The notes under the pieces are model-generated. The model was not told where the DNA came from and did no database searches. It was given only the letters and a program-made list of their open reading frames with translations. This document shows, piece by piece, positions 58,712 through 64,000 of a stretch of DNA of 64,000 nucleotides. Position 1 is the stretch's first letter. Each line of letters begins with the position of its first letter. This DNA is from Candidatus Nomurabacteria bacterium (lineage in GTDB: Bacteria; Patescibacteriota; Minisyncoccia; Phycocordibacterales; UBA9973), in the NCBI GenBank assembly GCA_020631955.1, contig JACKGL010000003.1, positions 72,059 to 136,058 of the forward strand. Direction: 5' to 3'. A program made the position numbers and the translations under genes.

Positions 58712-59698
58712 TTACTTTATTGCAACTCCGTGTTCTTTTAATATATCGACTATCTCTTGGACTCCTTTATCGCCGATACCTTCTATCTCTAGTAGATCTT
58801 CTTCATTTTTTCTAGCCAGACCTCCTAGTGTTCTGATGTTTGCATTTGAAAGTGCGTTTAGAGTACGGTTTGAAAATCCTACAGAGTCTATTCTAGTCTT
58901 CATAACATCTACCACATCCTCCTCATCTGCTTTGTCTGTTGAAGAATCAGTGTCTGTTTTTGTTTCTTTTTGTGTTATTACTTCTGGTTCAGGAAGATCT
59001 ATCTCATGCATAGGTATGATAGCGTGCAATTGCTCGATCATTATCTTGATTGATTTTTCTAGAGCTTCCAAAGGAGTAACGCTTCCGTCTGTTTCTATAC
59101 CTATTCTTAGTCTGTTGTAATCAGTACGATCACCAACACGCATGTTCTCTACTTCATAGAAAACTCTTTTTATAGGGCTAAATACAGCATCTAGTGGAAT
59201 AACTCCTATCTCTACTTTATCTTTATGAAGGTTGTCTCTTTGCACGAATCCTTTTCCTTTCATAACTGTAATAGTCATATCTAGATCTGTTTTGTCAGTT
59301 ATTTCACAAATGTAAGTATCTTTTGAAAGTACTTCTATTTGACCTTTTGCAGATATATCGCTAGCAGTAACCATCTTTGGACCTTTAACCTTGAGTGTTA
59401 CTTCGTGTTCTTCTCCAGAACTTATAGCAAATCTAACCTTTTTAAGGTTAAGTAACATTGTTATAACATCTTCTTTTACTCCATCTATAGTAGAAAACTC
59501 ATGGTCTACACCATTTATTTTTACAGATGTTATAGCGGCACCTGCTAGAGAAGAAAGTATGATTCTTCTTAAGCTGTTACCTAGAGTGTGTCCGTACCCT
59601 GGGTACAGATTATCTATTTCAAAAACTGCTTTGTTGCCACTGTCTTCAACCATTTTTGGTCGAGCCGGCAATAATATTGTGTTATCGTGCATACACAA
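58712..59698 (-). CDS. rpoA: DNA-directed RNA polymerase subunit alpha
   Basis: N-terminal dimerisation domain (GHTLGNSLRRILLS-like GYGHTLGNSLRRIILSS) and C-terminal HhH domain. The start may be M3 (59692). Confidence 0.96.
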   Translation of the reverse strand: MCMHDNTILLPARPKMVEDSGNKAVFEIDNLYPGYGHTLGNSLRRIILSSLAGAAITSVKINGVDHEFSTIDGVKEDVITMLLNLKKVRFAISSGEEHEVTLKVKGPKMVTASDISAKGQIEVLSKDTYICEITDKTDLDMTITVMKGKGFVQRDNLHKDKVEIGVIPLDAVFSPIKRVFYEVENMRVGDRTDYNRLRIGIETDGSVTPLEALEKSIKIMIEQLHAIIPMHEIDLPEPEVITQKETKTDTDSSTDKADEEDVVDVMKTRIDSVGFSNRTLNALSNANIRTLGGLARKNEEDLLEIEGIGDKGVQEIVDILKEHGVAIK

Positions 59699-59724
59699 AA
59701 AATAAATAAACTAATAATTTTTAA

Positions 59725-60336
59725 CTAACGACTGTAAAACTCAAGAACAGTACCGATATCAAAGTGGGTTTGGTCTTGTTCTGGTAATGATAATATTTCA
59801 CCTCTTACTGCTTTAGGGTCAAACTTTAGCCACGCTGGAGTATTGTAGTCAGCAAGTCTTTTATCTAGGTTTTGGAATAAAGCAGAACCTCTACTACCTT
59901 CTCTTATTGTGATAACATCACCTATTTTAACTCTAGCTGAAGGTATGTTGTTCTTTGTGTTATTCAAAAGTATGTGACCGTGAGATACCATTTGTCTTGC
60001 TTTTCTTCTTGTTTCAGCAAGTCCCATTCTGTATATAGTGTTATCTAGTCTTGTTTCTAGAAGCTCATATAGCTTATGAGCTGCTGTAGTACCTTTTACA
60101 GATACAGCATGAGAAACATAATTTCTCAATTGTTTTTCAGAAATACCGTAAGAAAAACGGATTTTTTGTTTTTCTACAAGCTGAAGACCGTAACCTGTAA
60201 GAGGTTTTGGTCTTTTTAGTGATTTTTGAGATTTCGCTCTTATTCCTTGTCTAACTGCAAATTTTGGATTTTGGCATTTTTCATAAACACCCGGTCCTAG
60301 TCTGCGACAAATTTTGTACTTTGATTTTACTTGCAT
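59725..60336 (-). CDS. rpsD: 30S ribosomal protein S4
   Basis: S4 domain RLDNTIYRMGLAETRRKARQMVSHGHI. Confidence 0.96.
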   Translation of the reverse strand: MQVKSKYKICRRLGPGVYEKCQNPKFAVRQGIRAKSQKSLKRPKPLTGYGLQLVEKQKIRFSYGISEKQLRNYVSHAVSVKGTTAAHKLYELLETRLDNTIYRMGLAETRRKARQMVSHGHILLNNTKNNIPSARVKIGDVITIREGSRGSALFQNLDKRLADYNTPAWLKFDPKAVRGEILSLPEQDQTHFDIGTVLEFYSR

Positions 60337-60337
60337 A

Positions 60338-60763
60338 CTATACTCTTCTTGGTTTCTTTTTCTTTGGTCCGTTGTGAGGTACAGGAGTCTCGTCTCTGAT
60401 TGCTAAAAGATCTATACCTTTTGCCAAAAATGATCTAATAACAGGCTCTCTTCCTTGTCCTACACCTTTTATTACTACATCAAACTCTTTAAGTCCCATA
60501 GTTTCTGCCTTTTCAGCCAATACATCACCTACTTTTCCAGCTGCAAAAGGAGTTCCTTTTTTAGCACCTTTAAATCCTAGTGATCCAGAACTACTCCAAG
60601 CAAATGTGTTTCCTTTCTTATCTGAAAGCACAGCTTTGGTGTTGTTGAATGTAGCTTCTATATGTAGAGTACCTTCTGCTAGCTTCTTCTTAGAAACTTT
60701 AGCTGCTGATCTTCCTTTTGCATCAGATCCTCCTGATTTTTTTACGATTCTTTTTTTTCCCAT
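60338..60763 (-). CDS. rpsK: 30S ribosomal protein S11
   Basis: LHIEATFNNT...GFKGAKKGTPFAA. Confidence 0.96.
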   Translation of the reverse strand: MGKKRIVKKSGGSDAKGRSAAKVSKKKLAEGTLHIEATFNNTKAVLSDKKGNTFAWSSSGSLGFKGAKKGTPFAAGKVGDVLAEKAETMGLKEFDVVIKGVGQGREPVIRSFLAKGIDLLAIRDETPVPHNGPKKKKPRRV

Positions 60764-60798
60764 AAAATAAATTTCTTTACAAACTCTTTAGTTAAGTA

Positions 60799-61179
60799 TT
60801 ACGTCTTTTCAACCTTTCTTCTACCGCTGGCCATAGTCTTTCTTACGTTTCCTCTTACTGTACGTGAGTTTGTCTTAGATCTTTGACCTCTTACTGGTAA
60901 TCTCGCTGCGTGTCTAGAACCTTTGTAAGATTTGATATCTTTAAGTCTTTTTATGTTTGCAGATACTTCTCTTTTTAGATCTCCTTCTGTTTTCAGCGCT
61001 TCTATTTCAGTTCTTATTTTTGCTTCGATTTCTTCACTTACTGAATCAGGTTTTGCTTCTGGGTCTACACCAAGTTTGGTAAGAATAGCAAAAGCAGTAG
61101 GTCGTCCTACTCCGTAAATACTTGTGAGGCCTATTTGAAGTTGTTTGTCGTTTGGTATTGTAATTCCTAAAATTCTCAT
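60799..61179 (-). CDS. rpsM: 30S ribosomal protein S13
   Basis: MRILGITIP start at 61179. The longer ORF to 61212 would overlap rpmJ. Confidence 0.95.
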   Translation of the reverse strand: MRILGITIPNDKQLQIGLTSIYGVGRPTAFAILTKLGVDPEAKPDSVSEEIEAKIRTEIEALKTEGDLKREVSANIKRLKDIKSYKGSRHAARLPVRGQRSKTNSRTVRGNVRKTMASGRRKVEKT

Positions 61180-61180
61180 A

Positions 61181-61291
61181 CTATTGTTTTTGTTTATGTC
61201 TTGGATTATCACAAATAACGTAAAGATGGTTTTTTCTCTTTACGATTTTGCACTTAGCACATATTTTTTTTACTGATGCTTTAACTTTCAT
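61181..61291 (-). CDS. rpmJ: 50S ribosomal protein L36
   Basis: Not in the ORF track because it is under 60 aa. Hand translation: [36 protein letters not shown], between infA and rpsM. Confidence 0.93.
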   Translation of the reverse strand: MKVKASVKKICAKCKIVKRKNHLYVICDNPRHKQKQ

Positions 61292-61310
61292 TAAAATAAA
61301 AAAATACTTT

Positions 61311-61532
61311 TTAAAGTCTTCTTACAATTCTTGCTTTCCCACCATAAGGATCTGGTAGTATTTCTACCTTGTCACCGACAAGCACCTTGATCCTGTTCAT
61401 TCTCATTTTGCCAGATAAATAAGCAATTATTTCTTGCCCATCATCTAGCGAAACTCGAAACATGGTATTTGGAAGAGCTTCGACAACAAGGCACCTCACA
61501 AGAGCGTTTTTCTCTGTTTCATTTGTCGCCAT
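61311..61532 (-). CDS. infA: Translation initiation factor IF-1
   Basis: S1-like fold [29 protein letters not shown]. Start placed at the ATG at 61532, downstream of the mapped promoter; the ORF track start is 61556. Confidence 0.95.
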   Translation of the reverse strand: MATNETEKNALVRCLVVEALPNTMFRVSLDDGQEIIAYLSGKMRMNRIKVLVGDKVEILPDPYGGKARIVRRL

Positions 61533-61546
61533 ATGTTGTGATGCAA

Positions 61547-61575
61547 ATACTAACAAATACCCCTTTAATAGTCAA
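61547..61575 (-). promoter_or_regulatory. infA operon promoter TTGACT-17-TAGTAT
   Basis: Read on the minus strand. The -10 ends 14 nt before the infA ATG. Confidence 0.55.
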
Positions 61576-61592
61576 GTGGAAACCCTTATATT

Positions 61593-63074
61593 TTAGTCTT
61601 TTATGAGGATTTTAACCTTGCTTGCGTCAGATGGTAGTGACCTTCTCCAAAATGGCCTTAATTTAAGGTCTATTTTGTCTATTTGAGTGTTATTTAAGAT
61701 AAATTCTGGTACTTGAGATTTGTCTATTCCGGCTAGTTGATCAGCTACACTTAACTCATCTACAACTCCTCTTATTGTAAAAGTACCATTTACTTGTGTA
61801 GAAACAATATTATCTTGAACATCTGACACCTCTATGTTTACATTGGAACCTTCTTTTAAGTTATACAAAGTAGTGTCTTTTACATCCTCATTTTGACCAT
61901 TACTTATCAAGACATCTTCACTGACAGCTATGATACTTCCGCTAAGTGTAACTTTCTGAGGTATGTTTATATCAGTATAGTTGTCTGTACTTTCTATAAT
62001 AGGATCTTCTAGGTTGAATGTAGGTTCGAGCATTATATATCCTTCCGGAATATCATTTATGAGTTTGGTTTCTACTCTAGAAGTAAGTTCGATAACCATG
62101 CCCACTATTACTTCGTCTCTCTTTGAGTCAGAGAGTGTATAAACAAGACCAGATGTACCACCTGTCATCGGTGTAACAGATCTAGCGTAAAACTTTTCAT
62201 ATTTATCTTTATTTGACTGGAAACCTACAAATTTGAAATCATCTAGATCTATATTGTATTCAGCACCTGGTTTTTCAGCATATACTTCTACTTCTATCTG
62301 TCCGGGAGTTATAACTGAACCATCCTTGGTGTAGCCAGGTATGACCACAGCTTTCTTTGTTTTAAATATAAGACCATCTTCATTTATAAGTCTGGTGTCT
62401 ATAAGAAGATTTTGTTTGGTAGAAGAATACGCATTGTAAAGTATTACTTTACCTGTAGCGGATTGAGAGTCGGTAGTACTACCGTCTGACAATACTTCTG
62501 TGGTGGAATCTAATGTTACTTCTATTTTCTTAAACTCTTCTACGTCTCCACTATTTGTGAAGTTTACAGTTTTGTTCGACATAGATATATCTATCTCTTT
62601 AGGAAAAATCTCTACCTCACTTTTACTAGTAGTATATGTTATAGCTATGACTAAAAATATCACAGATAGTACGGCTAGACCCCATCTAAAAAGTCTTCCT
62701 TTTCCAGAAGAATGACCCATCTTTACTCTTTTAGGTGGTTTTATCTTTTTAACTTTTTTTATTTTTTTAGTATCAGCAGTAGGTGGAGTATCTATGTACG
62801 GCATATCGTCTAGGCTACCTGTTTCGTTTTCTAAATCTGAATGTTTTGCGTATCTAAGAAAGAAAGGGTTCTCATTTATCATGTTGGAAGAGTTTTCTAT
62901 TTTAGATTTGGCTGTTTGACTGATAACTTCTTCTTTTTCCAGTTTTCTTTCTTCTAGTGACATGCTTTGAGTACCGGTGTCTTCACTCTGACTGTTTACT
63001 GGAATATTTCTAGAGAAATTTTCTTCATTATCATTATGTGATGGTGGTATGATATCACTTACTATTTTTTTCAT
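61593..63074 (-). CDS. Hypothetical bitopic membrane protein with a large beta-rich ectodomain
   Basis: About 125 aa of charged cytoplasmic N-terminus, one TM helix (WGLAVLSVIFLVIAITY) and about 350 aa outside. The segment GKVILYNAYSS...IEVEVYAEKPGAEYNI loosely recalls baseplate-J-like repeats. Confidence 0.5.
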   Translation of the reverse strand: MKKIVSDIIPPSHNDNEENFSRNIPVNSQSEDTGTQSMSLEERKLEKEEVISQTAKSKIENSSNMINENPFFLRYAKHSDLENETGSLDDMPYIDTPPTADTKKIKKVKKIKPPKRVKMGHSSGKGRLFRWGLAVLSVIFLVIAITYTTSKSEVEIFPKEIDISMSNKTVNFTNSGDVEEFKKIEVTLDSTTEVLSDGSTTDSQSATGKVILYNAYSSTKQNLLIDTRLINEDGLIFKTKKAVVIPGYTKDGSVITPGQIEVEVYAEKPGAEYNIDLDDFKFVGFQSNKDKYEKFYARSVTPMTGGTSGLVYTLSDSKRDEVIVGMVIELTSRVETKLINDIPEGYIMLEPTFNLEDPIIESTDNYTDINIPQKVTLSGSIIAVSEDVLISNGQNEDVKDTTLYNLKEGSNVNIEVSDVQDNIVSTQVNGTFTIRGVVDELSVADQLAGIDKSQVPEFILNNTQIDKIDLKLRPFWRRSLPSDASKVKILIKD

Positions 63075-63086
63075 CTTTATATTATA

Positions 63087-64000
63087 TTATTTTTGTAGAA
63101 CTCTTTCAAATATATATACACCATGCATCAGTGGGTCAGCATGTGTGATAGCTTGTATTCCGGCAGAATAATATCCACTTAGATAGTTGCTATCTACTTC
63201 TGTAAGGTTGAAGGAAAGACTTCCGATGCGGTAGTTCGTATGGTTGTTTTTTATAGCTTCCCCTACCCACTGCAAGTCATAACCTTCTGATACTAAAAAT
63301 ATATTTGTAGGCACAACAGAACCTTTAGCTAATGTATCTAAAGCTTTAGCAAACCAAGAACCCCAGTTTTGTCTGGATGTCTCTAAAGCTTTTTTCATAT
63401 CTGCGCTAGCTGTGTGTTCCAAAGTATTTTCTTGCTCCATGCGAAGAAAAGCCAATACATCCGACACATTGCGTTTTAATACTTTTGCCATCTCTCTTAT
63501 GGAAGAATGTAGTCCGTATGGAAATGTCACAGATTCGAAAAGTACTCCAGAGTTTACATAGTGCACATCAGTCACCTCACCTTCTACTGTCACCACCAAG
63601 AAGTCAGAGAGGTGAGCAAATATATCTCTAATAACCACATAAGCAGAAAAAGCACTGCTGTGATAAGAAATATTTGAATGAGGTATGTGTCTATGAAATA
63701 CTTTGTTGAAACCATCTATAGCGGATTTTGATGTTATGGATATATAAAGAGCCATACTAAAAGATTTTGCTTTTCTTCCCACAGGGTCTTGTATATCGTA
63801 TCCATTTAAACGTGTGCTCATTATTTTTTCTTCTACAACAATATCATCTTCCCCAGTAAAATCTTTCTTATGCTCATTTCTAAATATTTCATGTTCTTTT
63901 TCTTTGAGCTCCATCATGAACTTTTTAGTAATAGAAAAAGGCTCGGCTTTTTCCAAAGAAACCATTCTTGTTTGGGATATATACCAAGGAGATTCGAGCA
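63087..64000 (-). CDS. Actin-like ATPase fold protein (FtsA/PilM-like), 5' end outside window
   Basis: The frame stays open upstream of the listed ATG to the window edge. DFLVVTVEGEVTDV resembles the phosphate-2 DxGxxxT motif, and the overall pattern is FtsA/PilM-like. Confidence 0.5.
   Translation of the reverse strand, partial: LESPWYISQTRMVSLEKAEPFSITKKFMMELKEKEHEIFRNEHKKDFTGEDDIVVEEKIMSTRLNGYDIQDPVGRKAKSFSMALYISITSKSAIDGFNKVFHRHIPHSNISYHSSAFSAYVVIRDIFAHLSDFLVVTVEGEVTDVHYVNSGVLFESVTFPYGLHSSIREMAKVLKRNVSDVLAFLRMEQENTLEHTASADMKKALETSRQNWGSWFAKALDTLAKGSVVPTNIFLVSEGYDLQWVGEAIKNNHTNYRIGSLSFNLTEVDSNYLSGYYSAGIQAITHADPLMHGVYIFERVLQK

Noticed and set aside
61533-61556. N-terminal extensions in the ORF track: infA to 61556, rpsM to 61212, rplU to 35944, scpB to 30070, CAP protein to 19608, the 126-aa ORF to 19954, and trpS with a TTG at 33488.
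   Set aside because: The extensions overlap promoters, upstream genes or rpmJ, and family N-termini begin at the internal ATGs. Shorter starts were adopted.

Overview
AT-rich, very gene-dense window. I count about 80 CDS, 1 tRNA and 1 T-box leader. I found no rRNA, CRISPR array, transposase, integrase or prophage genes. Almost everything is core housekeeping:

- Sugar metabolism: glmS (5' partial), then a glycolysis/non-oxidative pentose-phosphate cluster (gap, rpiB, rpe-like, split transketolase, PfkB kinase, class II aldolase).
- Aminoacylation: four aminoacyl-tRNA synthetases (gltX, aspS, trpS, cysS) plus gatB.
- Cell envelope and segregation: a dcw-like block (dac, mraY, ftsW, murG) fused to scpAB.
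- Replication and repair: dnaB and recR.
- Energy: a complete F-type ATP synthase operon (atpZ, B, E, F, H, A, G, D, C).
- Chaperones: a grpE-dnaK-dnaJ operon.
- Translation and transcription: the infA-rpmJ-rpsM-rpsK-rpsD-rpoA-rplQ-rplM-rpsI operon.

The compaction, trimmed proteins (L13, ATPase delta, GAD-less AspRS), MYG1 homolog, PaaX-like small regulator, lone pseudopilin and split transketolase suggest a reduced-genome, CPR/Patescibacteria-like bacterium. That placement is inference only.

I see no obvious self-contained novel accessory island. The observations most worth following up are:

1. A recurrent TGnTAnAAT extended -10 element ends 6-10 nt before start codons at 16 transcription-unit heads. 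This points to mostly leaderless mRNAs.
2. A transcription-terminating T-box with a non-canonical Stem I sits upstream of a GAD-less aspS. That gene heads a roughly 10.6 kb gap-free array that includes segregation and cell-wall genes.
3. The ATP synthase c subunit carries the two-carboxylate Na+-binding signature.
4. The chaperone operon has no CIRCE element. It has a 40-nt palindrome spanning both divergent -35 boxes, a divergent PaaX-like regulator, an embedded CPBP protease, and a Cys-rich protein plus an orphan histidine kinase.
5. TGA is almost never used as a stop codon (2 of about 80), while TAG accounts for about 23 of 80.
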